From the NCBI GenBank assembly GCA_964016885.1, contig OZ024744.1, positions 104,904,001 through 104,968,000 on the forward strand: a stretch of 64,000 bases of DNA, written 5' to 3'. Origin of the DNA: Eledone cirrhosa (lineage: Eukaryota). Within the stretch, counting starts at the first letter, position 1. The number at the start of each line of letters is the position of its first letter. Both the position numbers and the translations under genes were made by a program. Below are positions 20,751 to 35,700 of the stretch, piece by piece. Under the pieces are notes generated by a model, which had not been told where the DNA came from, made no database searches, and worked only from the letters and a program-made list of their open reading frames with translations.

Positions 20751-23700
20751 TGTGAAGTTGTCATACATTATGGTTGTCATATAGTGTGTTTTTCATGTAG
20801 TGTAGTTGTGGTATAGTGTGGTTGTTATATGGTGTAGATGTCATATAGTGTAATTACCACATAGTATTGTTGTCATATATTGAGGTTATCATATGGTTGT
20901 CATATAGTGTGGTCATGCTATAGTGTAGTTGTCATATATTGTGGATGTCATATAGTGTGGTTGTCATATAGTGTAGTTGTCATATAGAGTAGTTGTCAGA
21001 TTGTGTGGTTGTCATATAGTGTAGTTGTCATATAGAGTAGTTGTCATATAGTGTGGTTGTATTATAGTGAGTTTGTCATATAGTGTAGTTGTCATATAGT
21101 GTGGTTGTCATATAGTGTGGTTGTCATATAGTGTAGTTGTCATATAGAGTAGTTGTCATAGTGTGGTTGTCATATAATGTGGTTGTCATATAGAGTAGTT
21201 GTCATAGTCTGGTTGTCATATAGTGAGGTTGTATTATAGTGTGGTTATCATGTAGTGTAGTTGTCATATAGTGTGGTTGTCATATAGTGTGGTTATATAA
21301 TGTGGTTCTCATATAGTGTAGTTGTCATATAGTGTGGTTCTCATATAGTGTGGTTCTCATATAATGTGGTTCTCATATAGAGTAGTTGTCATATAGTATT
21401 GTTGTCATATAGTGTGGTTGTCATAGAGTGTGGTTGTCATATAGAGTAGTTGTTATAGTGTAGTTGTCATAGTGTGGTTGTCATATAGAGTAGGTGTCAT
21501 ATAGGTGAGGTATTATAGTGTGGTTATCATATAGTGTAGTTGTTATATAGTGTGGTTGTCATATAATATGGTTGTCGAATAGTGTGGTTGTCATGTAGTG
21601 TAGTTGTCATATACTATGGTTTTCATATAGTTTGGTTGTCATATAGAGTAGTTGTCATATAGTGTAGTTGTCATATACTGTAGCTATCATATAGTGTAGT
21701 TGTCATATACTGTAGTTATCATATAGTGTGGTTGTCATATAGTGTAGTTGTCACATACTGTAGTTGTCATATAGTGTGGTTATCAAATAGTGTAGTTGTC
21801 ATAGTGTAGTTGTGGTATAGTGTCGTCATATATTGTGGATGTCAAATAGTGTGGTTGTCATATAGTGTAGTTGTCATATAGTGTGGTTGTCATATAATGT
21901 GGTTCTCATATAGTATAGTTTTCATATAGAGTAGTTGTCATAGTGTGGTTGTCATATAGTGTAGTTGTCATATAGTGTAGTTGTCATATACAGTAGTTCT
22001 CATATAGTGTGGTTGTCATAGTGTAGTTGTCATATAGTGTAGTCATATAGAATAGTTGTCATACAGAGTAGTTCTCATATAGTGTAGTTGTCATATAGTG
22101 TGGTTATATAGTGTGGTCGTCATAGTGTAGTTGTCATATAGAGTAGTTGTCATATAGTGTGGTTGTATTATAGTGAGTTTGTCATAGTGGAGCTGTCATA
22201 TAGTGTAGTTGTCATGTAGAGTAGTTGTCATATAGAGTAATTGTCATATAGTGTAGTTGTCATATAGTGTAGTTGTCATGTAGTGTGGTAGTCATATAGT
22301 GTAGTTGTTATAGTGGATGTCATATAGTGTGGTTGTCATATAGAGTAGTTGTCATAGTGTAGTTGTCATATAGTGTGGTTGTCATATAGTGTAGTTGTCA
22401 GAATGTGGTTGTCATATAGTGTAGTTGTCAACTAGTGTGGTTGTCATATAGTTTATTTGTCATATAGTATAGTTGTCATATAGAGTAGTTGTCATATAGT
22501 GTGGCTGTCATATAGTGTGGTTCTAATATAGTGTGGTTCTCATATAGTGTAGTTGTCATATAGTGTAGTAGTCATATAGAGTAGTTGTCATATAATGTAG
22601 TTGTCATATAGTGTAGTTGTCATATAGAGTAGTTATCATATAGAGTAGTTGTAATATAGTGTGGTTGTCATATAGTGTAGTTGTCATATAGAGTAGTTGT
22701 CATATAGTGTGGTTGTCATATAGTGTGGTTGTCATATAGTATAGTTGTCACAGTGTGGTTGTATTATGGTGAGTTTGTCATATAGTGTGGTTATCAAATA
22801 GTGTAGTTGTCATATAGTGTAGTTGTGGTATAGTGTAGTTTTCATATATTGTGGATATCATATAGTGTGGTTGTCATGTAGTGTAGTTGTCATATAGTGT
22901 AGTTGGCATATAGTGTAGTTGTCATAGTGTGGTTATCATATAGTGTGGTCATATAATGTGGTTCTCATATAGAATAGTTGTCATATAGAGTAGTTGTCAT
23001 AGTGTAGTTGTCATATAGCTTAGTTGTCATATAGTGTAGTTGTCATATAGAATAGTTGTCATATAATGTAGTTGTCATATACAGTAGTTCTCATATAGTG
23101 TGGTTGTCATATAGTGTGGTTGTCATATAATGTGGTGTCATATAGTGTAGTTGTCATATAGTGTAGTTGTCATATAGAGTAGTTGTCATATAGAGTAGTT
23201 GTCATATAGTGTAGTTGTCATAAAGTGTAATTGTCATATAGAGTAGTTGTCATATAGTGTGGTTGTCACAGTGAGGTTGTCATATAGTGTAGTTGTCATA
23301 TAGAGTAGTTGCAATATAGTGTGGTTGTATTATAGTGAGATTGTCATATAAGTGTGGTTGTCATATAGTGTAGTTGTCATATAGTGAGGTTGTCATATAG
23401 TGTGGTTATCATATAGTGTAGTTATATAGTGTAGTTGTCACATAGTGTAGTTGTCATACAGTGTGGTTTGTCATATAGTGTAGTTGTCATATAGTGTGGT
23501 TGTCATATAGTGAGGTTGTCATATCGTGTGGTTGTCATATAGTATAGTTGCCATGTAGTGTGGTTGTCATATAGTGTAGTTGTTATAGAGTGTAGTTGTC
23601 ATATAGAGTAGTTGTCATACAGTGTGGTTGTCATATAGTGTAGTTGCCATATAGTGTAGTCATATAGTGTGGTTGTCATATAGTGTAGTTGACATGTAGA

Positions 23701-26700
23701 GTAGTTGTCATATAGTGTAGTTGTCATATAGTGTAGTCGTCATATAGAGTAGTTGTCATATAGTGTATTTGTCATATAGAGTAGTTGTCATATATTGTGG
23801 TTGTCATATTGTGTGGTTGTCATATAGTATAGCTGTCATATAGTGTAGTTGTCATATATGTAGTTGTCATATAGAATAGTTGTCATATAGCGTGGTTGTA
23901 TTATATTGAGTTTGTCATATAGTGTAGTTGTCATATAGAGTAGTTGTCATAAAGTGTAGTTGTCATATAGTGGGGTTGTCATATAGTGTGGTTGTCATAT
24001 AGTGAGGTTGTCATATAGTGTGGATATCATATAGTGTAGTTATATATTGTAGTTGTCATAGAGTAGTTGTCATATAGTGTAGTTGTCATATAGAGTAGTT
24101 GTCATATATTGTGGTTGTCATATTGTGTGTTTGTCATATAGTGTAGTTGTCATATAGAGTAGTTGTCATATAGTGTCGTTGTATTAGAGTATGTTTGTCA
24201 TATAGTGTAGTTGTCATATATGTAGTTGTCATATAGAATAGTTGTCATATAGTGTGGTTGTATTATAGTGAATTTGTCATATAGTGTAGTTGTCATATAG
24301 AGTAGTTGTCAAATAGTGTAGTTGTCATATAGAGTAGTTTTCATATAGTGTGGTTGTCATATATTGTAGTTGTCATATAGTGTGGTTGTCATATAGTGTA
24401 GTTGTCATATAGAGTAGTTGGCATATAGTGTGGTTGTCATATAGTGTGGTTGTCATATAGTGTAGTTGTCAGAGTGTGGTTGTCATATAGTGTAGTTGGC
24501 AACTAGTGTGGTCGTCATATAGTCTGGTTGTCATATAGTGTATTTGTCATATAGGATAGTTGTCATATAGAGTAGTTGTCATATAGTGTGGTTGTCATAT
24601 AATGTAGTTATCATATAGTGTGGTTGTCATATAGTGTGTTTGTCATAAAGTGTAGTTGTCATTGAATAGTTGTCATATAGTGTGGTTGTCATATAGTGTA
24701 GTTGTCACAGCGAGGTTGTCATATAGTGTAGTTGTCATATAGAGTAGTTGTCATATAGTGTGGTTGTATTATAGTGAGTTTGTCATATAGTGTAGCTGTC
24801 ATATAGTGTAGTTTTCATATAGAGTAGTTGTCATATAGTGTAGTTGTCATATAGTGTGGTTGTCATATAGGGTGGTTGTCATATAGTGTAGTTGTCATAT
24901 AGAGTGGTTGTCATATAGTGTGGTTGTCATATAGAGTAGTTGTCATATAGAGTAGTTGTCATAGTGTGGTGTCATATAGTGTAGTTGTCATATAATGTGG
25001 TTGTCATATAGTGAGGTATTATAGAGTGTTTATCATATAGTGTAGTTGTTATATACTATGGTTGTCATATAGTGTGGTTGTCATATAGTGTAGTTGTCAT
25101 ATAGTGTAGTTGTCATATAGAGTAGTTGTCATATATTGTGGTTGTCATATAGTGTAGCTGTCATATAGTGTAGTTGTCATATATGTATTTGTCATATAGA
25201 ATAGTTGTCATATAGTGTGGTTGTATTATAGTGAGTTTGTCATATAGTGTAGTTGTCATATAGAGTAGTTGTCATATAGTGTAGTTGTCATATAGAGTAG
25301 TTGTCATATAGTGGGGTTGTCATATAGTGGTTGTCATATAGAGTAGTTGTCATATAGTGAGGTTGTCATATAGTGTGGTTATCATATAGTGTAGTTATAT
25401 AGTGTAGTTGTCATATAGAGTTGTTGTCATATAGTGTAGTTGTCATATAGAGTAGTTGTCATATATTGTGGTTGTCATATTGTGTGTTTGTCATATAGTG
25501 TAGTTGTCATATAGAGTAGTTGTCATATAGTGTGGTTGTATTATAGTGTGTTTGTCATATAGTGTAGTTGTCATATATGTAGTTGTCATATAGTGTAGTT
25601 GTCATATATGTAGTTGTCATATAGAATAGTTGTCATATAGTGTGGTTGTATTATAGTGAGTTTGTCATGTAGTGTAGCTCTCATATAGTGTAATTGTCAT
25701 ATAGTGTAGTTGTCATATAGTGTAGTTGTCATATAGTGGGGTTGTCATATAGTGTGGTTGTCATATAGAGTAGTTGTCATATAGTGTAGTTGTCATATAG
25801 TGAGGTTGTCATATAGTGTGGTTATCATATAGTGTAGTTATATAGTGTAGTTGTCATATAGAGTAGTTGTCATATAGAGTAGTTGTCATATAGTGTAGTT
25901 GTCATATAGAGTAGTTGTCATATAGAGTAGTTTTCATATAGTGTGGTTGTTATATATTGTAGTTGTCATATAGAGTAGTTGGCATATAGTGTGGTTGTCA
26001 TATAGTGTGGTTGTCATATAATGTAGTTGTCAGAGTGTAGTTGTCATATAGTGTAGTTGGCAACTAGTGTGGTTGTCATATAGTCGGGTTGTCATATAGT
26101 GTATTTGTCATATAGGATAGTTGTCATATAGTGTGGTTGTCATATAGTGTGGTTGTCATATAATGTAGTTCTCATATAGTGTGGTTGTCATATAGTGTGT
26201 TTGTCATAAAGTGTAGTTGTGATATTGAATAGTTGTCATATAGTGTAGTTGTCACAGCGAGGTTGTCATATAGTGTAGTTGTCATATAGTGTAGCTGTCA
26301 TATAGAGTAGTTGTCATATAGTGTGGTTGTATTATAGTGAGTTTGTCATATAGTGTAGTTCTCATATAGTGTAGTTTTCAAATAGAGTAGTTGTCATATA
26401 GTGTAGTTGTTATATAGTGTGGTTGTCATATAGAGTAGTTGTCATATAGTCTAGTTGTCATATAGTGAGGTTGTCATATAGTGTGGTTGTCATATAGTAT
26501 AGTTGTCATATAGTGTAGTTGTCATATAGTGTAGTTGTCATAGTGTAGTTATATAGTGTAGTTGTCACATAGTGTAGTTGTCACATAGTGTAGTTGTCAC
26601 ATAGTGTAGTTGTCATACAGTGTAGTTGTCATACAGTGTGGTTGTCATATAGTGTGGTTATTATATAGTGTGGTTGTCATATAGTGAGGTTGTCATATAG

Positions 26701-29700
26701 TGTGGTTGTCATATAGTATAGTTGTCATATAGTGTAGTTGTCATATAGTATAGTTGTCATGTACTGTGGCTGTCATAGTGTAGTTGTTATAGTGTGGTTG
26801 TCATATAATGTGTTTGTCATATAGTGTAGTTGTCATATAGTGTGGTTGTCATATAGTGTGGTTGTCATATAGTGTAGTTGTCATATAGAGTAGTTGTCAT
26901 ATAGTGTGGTTGTCATAAAGTGTGGTTGTCATATAGTGTAGTTTTCATATAGAGTAGTTGTCATAGTGTGGTTGTCATATAGTATAGTTGTCATATAGTG
27001 TGGTTGTCATATAGTGTAGTTGTAATATAGTGTAGTTGTCATATAATGTAGTTGTCATATAGAGTAGTTCTCATATAGTGTGGTTGTCATATAGTGTGGT
27101 TGTCATATAGTGTGGTTGTCATATAGTGTGGTTCTCATGTAGTGTAGTTGTCATATAGTGTAATTGTCATATAGAGTAGTTGTCATATAGTGTAGTTGTC
27201 ATATAGAATAGTTGTCATATAGTGTGGTTGTCATATAGTGTGGTTGTCATAAAATATAGCTGTCATATAGAGTAGTTGTCATATAGTGTGGATGTCATAT
27301 AGAGTAGTTGTCATATAGTGTGGTTGTATTATAGTGAGTTTGTCATATAGTGTAGCTGTTATATAGTGTAGTTGCCATATAGTGTAGTTTTCATATAGAG
27401 TAGTTGTCATATACTGTAGTTGTCATATAGTGTGGTTGTCATATAGTGTGGTTGTCATATAGAGTAGTTGTGATATACTGTAGTTGTCATATAGTTAGAT
27501 TGCCATATAGTGTGGTTATCATATAATGTAGTTATATAGTGTAGTTGTCACATAGTGTAGTGGAAAAACAGTGTGGGTTTCATATAGTGTAGTTGTCATA
27601 TAGTGTAGTTGTCATATAGTGAGGTTGTCATATAGTGTTTTTATCATATAGTGTGGTTGTCATATAGTGTGTTTTCATATAGTGTAGTTGTCACAGTGTG
27701 GTTTTTATATAGTGTAGTTGTCATAGAGTAGGTGTCATATAGTGTGGTTGTATTATGGTGAGTTTGTCATATAATGTATCTGTCATATAATGTGGTTGTC
27801 ATATAGAGTAGTTGTCATATAGTGTGGTTGTCATATAGTGTAGATGTCATATAGTGTGGTTGTCATATAGTGTAGTTGTCATATAGTGTAGTTGTCATAT
27901 AGTGTAGTTGTCATATGGAGTAGTTGTCATATAGTGGGGTTTTCATATAGTGTCGTTGTCATATAGTGTAGTTGTCATATAGTGTAGTTGTCATATAGAT
28001 TATTTGTCATATAGTGTCGTTGTCATATAGTGTAGTTGTCATATAGAGAAGTTGTCATATAGAGTAGTTGTCATATAGTGTGGTTGTCATATAGTGTGGT
28101 TGTCATATAGTGTAGTTGTCATATAGAGTAGTTGTCATATAGTGTGGTTGTCATATAGTGTGGTTGTCATATAGTGTAGTTTTCATATAGATTAGTTGTC
28201 ATAGTGTGGTTGTCATATAGTATAGTTGTCATAGTGTGGTTGTCATAGTGTAGTTGTAATATAGTGTAGTTGTCATATAGAATAGTTGTCATATAATGTA
28301 GTTGTCATATAGAGTAGTTCTCATATAGTGTGGTTGTCATATAGTGTGGTTGTCATATAGTGTGGTTGTCATATAGTGAAGTTGTCATATAGTGTAATTG
28401 TCATATAGAGTAGTTGTCATATAGTGTAGTTGTCACATAGAATAGTTGTCATATAGTGTGGTTGTCATATAGTGTGGTTGTCATAAAATGTAGCTGTCAT
28501 ATAGAGTAGTTGTCATATAGTGTGGATGTCATATAGAGTAGTTGTCATATAGTGTGGTTGTATTATAGTGAGTTTGTCATATAGTGTAGCTGTTATATAG
28601 TGTAGTTGTCATATAGTGTAGTTTTCATATAGAGTAGTTGTCATATACTGTAGTTGTCATATAGTGTGGTTGTCATATAGTGTGGTTGTCATATAGAGTA
28701 GTTGTGATATACTGTAGTTGTCATATAGTTAAATTGCCATATAGTGTGGTTATCGTATAATGTAGTTATATAGTGTAGTTGTCACATAGTGTAGTGGAAA
28801 AACAGTGTGGTTTTCATATAGTGTAGTTGTCATATAGTGTAGTTGTCATATAGTGAGGTTGTCATATAGTGTGGTTATCATATAGTGTGGTTGTCATATA
28901 GTGTGGTTGTGATATAGTGTTGTTGTCATATAGTGTAGTTGTCATATAGAATAGTTGTCATATAGTTTGGTTGTCATATAGTGAGGTTGTCATATAGTGT
29001 AGTTGTGATATAGTGTTGTCATATAGTGTAGTTTTCATATAGGGTAGTTGTCATAGTGTGGTTGTCATATAGTGTAGTTGTCATATAGTGTGGTTGTCAT
29101 ATAGTGTAGTTGTCATATAGTGTAGTTGTCATATACAATAGTTGTCAGATAGTGTGGTTGTCATAAAGTGTAGTAGTCATATATTGTGGTTGTCATATAG
29201 TGTAGTTGTCACAGTGAGGTTGTCATATAGTGTAGTTGTCTTATGGAGTAGTTGTCATATAGTGTGGTTGTATTATAGTGAGTTTGTCATATAGTGTAGC
29301 TGTCATATAGTGTAGTTGCCATATAGTGTAGTTTTCATATACAGTAGTTGTCATATAGTGTGGTTGTCATATAGTGTGGTTGTCATATCGAGTAGTTGTC
29401 ATATAGTGTAGTTGTCATATAGTGAGGTTGTCATATAGTGTGGTTATCATATAGTGTAGTTATATAGTGTAGTTTTCACATAGTGTAGTTGAAAAACAGT
29501 GTGGTTTTCATATAGTGTAGTTGTCATATAGTGAGATTGTCATATAGTGTGTTTGTCATATAGTGTGGTTATCATATAGTGTGGTTGTCATATAGTGAGG
29601 TTGTCATGTAGTGTGGTTGTCATATAGTGCAGTTGCTATAGTGTGGTTGTCATATAGTGTGGTTGTCATATAGTGTAGTTGTCATATAGTGTAGTTGTCA

Positions 29701-32700
29701 TATAGCGTAGTTGTCATATAGTGTGATTGTCATATAGTGTGGTTGTCAAATAGTGTAGTTGTCATATAGAGCAGTTGTCATATAGTGTAGTTGTCATGTA
29801 GCGTGTTTGTCATATAGAGTAGTTATCATATAGTGTCGTTGTCATATAGTGTATATGTCATATAGAGTAGTTCTCATATAGTGTGGTTGTCATATAGTGT
29901 GGTTGTCATATAGTGTGGTTGTCATATAGTGTAGTTTTAATATAGAGTAGTTGACATATAGTGTGGTTGTCATATAGTGTAGTTGTCACAGTGTGGTTTT
30001 TATATAGTGTAGTTGTCATAGAGTAGGTGTCATATAGTGTGGTTGTATTATAGTGAGTTTGTCATATAATGTATCTGTCATATAATGTGGTTGTCATATA
30101 GAGTAGTTGTCATATAGTGTGGTTGTCATATAGTGTAGATGTCATATAGTGTGGTTGTCATATAGTGTAGTTGTCATATAGTGTAGTTGTCTTAGGAGTA
30201 GTTGTCATATAGTGGGGTTTTCATATAGTGTGGTTGTCATATAGTGTAGTTGTCATATAGTGTAATTGTCATATGGTGTAGTTGTCATAGAGTATTTTTC
30301 ATATAGTGTAGTTGTCATATAGTGTAGTTGTCATATAGAGTGGTTGTCATATGGTGTTGTTGTCATATAGTGTAGCTGTAATATAGTCTAGTTGTCATAT
30401 AGTGTGGTTGTCAGATAGTGTGGTTGTCATATAGTGTGTTTGTCATATAGTGTAGTTGTCATATAGAGTAGTTGTCATAGTGTGGTGTCATATAGTGTAG
30501 TTGTCATATAATGTGGTTGTCATATAGAGTAGTTGTCATATAGTGTGGTTGTCATATAGTGAGGTATTATAGAGTGTTTATCATATAGAGTAGTTGTTAT
30601 ATAGCGTGGTTGTCATATACTATGTCTGTCATATAGTGTGGTTGTCATATAGTGTAGTTGTCATATAGTGTAGTTGTCATATAGAGTAGTTGTCATATAG
30701 TGTAGTTGTCATATAGAGTAGTTGTCATATATTGTAGTTGTCATATTCTTTGGTTGTCATATAGTGTAGTTGTCATATAGAGTAGTTGTCATATAGTGTG
30801 GTTGTATTATAGTGTGTTTGTCATATAGTGTGGTTGTCATATAGTGTAGTTTTCATATAGATTAGTTGTCATAGTGGGGTTGTCATATAGTATAGTTGTC
30901 ATATAGTGTGGTTGTCATATAGTGTAGTTGTAATATAGTGTTGTTGTCATATAGAATAGTTGTCATATAATGTAGTTGTCATATAGAGTAGTTCTCATAT
31001 AGTGTGGTTGTCATATAGTGTGGTTGTCATATAGTGTGGTTGTCATATAGTGTGGTTGTCATATAGTGTAGTTGTCATATAGTGTAATTGTCATATAGAG
31101 TAGTTGTCATATAGTGTAGTTGTCATATAGAATAGTTGTCATATAGTGTGGTTGTCATATAGTCTGGTTGTCATAAAATGTAGCTGTCATATAGAGTAGT
31201 TGTCATATAGTGTGGATGTCATATAGAGCAGTTGTCATATAGTGTGGTTGCATTATAGTGAGTTTGTCATATAGTGTAGCTGTTATATAGTGTAGTTGCC
31301 ATATAGTGTAGTTTTCATATAGAGTAGTTGTCATATACTGTAGTTGTCATATAGTGTGGTTGTCATATAGTGTGGTTGTCATATCGAGTAGTTGTCATAT
31401 AGTGTAGTTGTCATATAGTGAGGTTGTCATATAGTGTGGATGTCATATAGAGTAGTTGTCCTATAGTGTGGTTGTATTATAGTGAGTTTGTCATATAGTG
31501 TAGCTGTTATATAGTGTAGTTGCCATATAGTGTAGTTTTCATATAGAGTAGTTGTCATATACTGTAGTTGTCATATAGTGTGGTTGTCATATAGTGTGGT
31601 TGTCATATAGAGTAGTTGTGATATACTGTAGTTGTCATATAGTTAGATTGCCATATAGTGTGGTTATCGTATAATGTAGTTATATAGTGTAGTTGTCACA
31701 TAGTGTAGTGGAAAAACAGTGTGGTTTTCATATAGTGTAGTTGTCATATAGTGTAGTTGTCATATAATGAGGTTGTCATATAGTGTGGTTATCATATAGT
31801 GTGGTTGTCATATAGTGTGGTTGTCATATAGTGTTGTTGTCATATAGTGTAGTTGTCATATAGAATAGTTGTCAAATAGTTTGGTTGTCATATAGTGAGG
31901 TTGTCATATAGTGTAGTTGTGATATAGTGTTGTCATATAGTGAAGTTTTCATATAGGGTAGTTGTAATAGTGTGGTTGTCATATAGTGTAGTTGTCATAT
32001 AGTGTGGTTGTCATATAGTGTAGTTGTCATATAGTGTAGTTGTCATATACAATAGTTGTCATATAATGTAGTTGTCATATAGAGTAGTTCTCATATAGTG
32101 TGGTTGTCATATAGTGTGGTTGTCATATAGTGTAGTTGTCATATAGTGTAGTTCACATATAGAGTAGTTGTCATATAGTGTAGTTGTCATATAGAATAGT
32201 TGTCAGATAGTGTGGTTGTCATAAAGTGTAGTAGTCATATATTGTGGTTGTCATATAGTGTAGTTGTCTTATGGAGTAGTTGTCATATAGTGTGGTTGTA
32301 TTATAGTGAGTTTGTCATATAGTGTAGCTGTCATATAGTGTAGTTGCCATATAGTGTAGTTTTCATATACAGTAGTTGTCATATAGTGTGGTTGTCATAT
32401 AGTGTGGTTGTCATATCGAGTAGTTGTCATATAGTGTAGTTGTCATATAGTGAGGTTGTCATATAGTGTGGTTATAATATAGTGTAGTTATATAGTGTAG
32501 TTTTCACATAGTGTAGTTGAAAAACAGTGTGGTTTTCATATAGTGTAGTTGTCATATAGTGTAGTTGTCATATAGTGAGATTGTCATATAGTGTGTTTGT
32601 CATATAGTGTAGCTGTCATGTAGTGTGGTTGTCATATAGTGCAGTTGCTATAGTGTGGTTGTAATATACTGTGGTTGTCATATAGTGTGGTTGTCATATA

Positions 32701-35700
32701 GTGTAGTTGTCATATAGTGTAGTTGTCATATAGCGTAGTTGTCATATAGTGTGGTTGTCATATAGTGTGGTTGTCATATAGTGTAGTTGTCATATAGAGC
32801 AGTTGTCATATAGTGTAGTTGTCATGTAGACTGTTTGTCATATAGAGTAGTTGTCATATAGTGTCGTTGTCATATAGTGTATATGTCATATAGAGTAGTT
32901 GTCATATAGTGTGGTTGTCATATAGTGTGGTTGTCATATAGTGTGGTTGTCATATAGTGTAGTTTTCATATAGAGTAGTTGTCATATAGTGTGGTTGTGA
33001 TATAGTGTAGTTGTCACAGTGTGGTTTTTATATAGTGTAGTTGTCATAGAGTAGGTGTCATATAGTGTGGTTGTATTATAGTGAGTTTGTCATATAATGT
33101 ATCTGTCATATAATGTGGTTGTCATATAGAGTAGTTGTCATATAGTGTGGTTGTCATATAGTGTAGATGTCATATAGTGTGGTTGTCATATAGTGTAGTT
33201 GTCATATAGTGTAGTTGTCATATAGTGTAGTTGTAGTATGGAGTAGTTGTCATATAGTGGGGTTTTCATATAGTGTGGTTGTCATATAGTGTAGTTGTCA
33301 TATAGTGTAATTGTCATATGGTGTAGTTGTCATAGAGTATTTTTCATATAGTGTAGTTGTCATATAGTGTGGTTGTCATATAGTGTGGTTGTCATATAGT
33401 GTAGTTGTCATATAGTGCAGTTGTCATATAGAGTAGTTGTCATATAGAGTAGTTGTCATATAGTGTAGTTGTCATATAGAGTAGTTGTCATATAGTGTAG
33501 GTGTTATAGTGTGGTTGTCATATAGTGTAGTTGTCATATAGTGTAGTTGTCATGTAGTGTGGTTGTCATATAGTGTAGTTGTTATAGTGTGGTTGTCATA
33601 TAGTGTGGTTGTCATATAATGTAGTTGTCATATAGTGTAGTTGTCATATAGAATAATTGTCATATTGTGTAGTTGTCATATAGAGTAGTTGGCATATAGT
33701 GTGGTTGTCACATAGTGTAGTTGTCAGAGTGTGGTTGTCATATAGTGTAGTTGTCAACTAGTGTGGTTGTCATATAGTGTATTTTTCATATAGTATAGTT
33801 GTCATATAGACTAGTTGTTATACAGTGTGGTTGTCATATACTGTGGTTGTCATGTAGTGTAGTTGTCATATGGTGTAGTTTTCATATAGTGTAGTTGTCA
33901 TATAGTGTGGTTGTCATATAGTGTAGTTGTCACAGTGTAGTTGTCATATAGTGTGGTAGTGATATAGTGTAGTTGTCATATAATATAGTTGTCACAGTGT
34001 AGTTGTCATATAGTGTAGTCATATAGAATAGTTGTCATATAGTGTTGTTGTCATATAGCGTGGTTGTCATATTGTGTAGTTGTCATATAGTGTAGTTGTC
34101 ATATAGTGTAGTTGTCATATAGTGGAGTTGTCATATAGAGTAGTTGTCATATAGTGTAGTTTTCATATAGTGTGGTTGTCATATAGTTTGGTTGTCATAT
34201 AGTGTAGTTGTCATATAGTGTAGCTGACATATAGTGTAGTTGTCATATAGTGTGGTTGTCATATAGTGTGGTTGTCATATAGTGAGGTTATCATATAGTG
34301 TAGTTGTCATATAGAGTAGTTGTCATAGTGTGGTGTCATATAGTGTAGTTGTCATCTAGTGTGGTTGTCAGATAGTGTATTTGTTAAGTGGTATAGTTGT
34401 CATATAGAGTAGTTGTCATATAGTGTGGTTTTCATATAGTATTGTTATCATATATTCTGGTTGTCATATAGTGTAGTTGTCATATAGAATAGTCGTCATA
34501 TAGAGTAGTTATATTGTGTGGTTGTCATTTAGTGTGGTTGTCATATAGTGTAGTTGTCATATAGATTAGTTGTCATATAGTGTGGTTGTCATATAGTGTA
34601 GTTGTCACAGTGTGGTTGTCATATAGTGTAGTTGTCATATAGTGTAGTTGTCATATAGTGTAGCTGTCATATAATCTAGTTGTCATATTGTGTGGTTGTC
34701 AGATACTGTGGTTGTCATATAGTGTGGTTGTCATATAGTGTAGTTGTCATCTAGAGCAGTTGTCATAGTGTGGTGTCATATAGTGTAGTTGTCATATAAT
34801 GTGGTTGTCATACAGAGTAGTTGTCATATAGTGTGTTTGTCATATCGTGAGGTATTATAGAGTGTAGTTGTTATATAGCGTGGTTGTCATATACTATGTC
34901 TGTCATATAGTGTGGTTGTCATATAGTGTAGTTGCAATATAGTGCAGTTGTCATATAGAGTACTTGTCATATAGTGTAGTTGTCATATAGAGTAGTTGTC
35001 ATATAGTGTGGTTGTATTATAGTGTGTTTGTCCTATAGTGTAGCTGTCATATAGTGTAGTTTTCATATATGTAGTTGTCATATAGAGTAGTTGTCATATA
35101 GTGTGGTTGTATTATAGTGAGTTTGTCATATAGTGTAGCTGTCATATAGTGTAGTTGTCATATAGTGTAGTTGTCATATAGAGTAGTTGTCATATAGTGT
35201 AGTTGTCATATAGTGTGCTTGTCATATAGTGTAGTTGTCATATAGTGTGGTTGTCATATAGTGTGGTTGTCATATAGAGTAGTTGTTATAGTGTGGTTGT
35301 AATATAGTGTAGTTGTCATATAGTGTAGTTGTCTTGTAGTGTGGTTGTCATATAGTGTAGTTGTTATAGTGTGGTTGTCATATAGTGTGATTGTCATATA
35401 GTGTGGTTGTCATATAATGTAGTTGTCATATAGTGTAGTTGTCATAGAGAGTAATTGTCATATAGTGTAGTTGTCATATAGAGTAGTTGGCATATAGTGT
35501 GATTGTCATATAGTGTGGTTGTCACATAGTGTAGTTGTCAGAGTGTGGTTGTCATATAGTGTAGTTGTCAACTAGTGTGGTTGTCATATAGTGTATTTTC
35601 ATATAGTATAGTTGTCATATAGACTAGTTGTCATATAGTGTGCTTGTCATATAGTGTGGTTGTCATATAGTGTGGTTGTCATATAGTGTAGTTGTCATAT

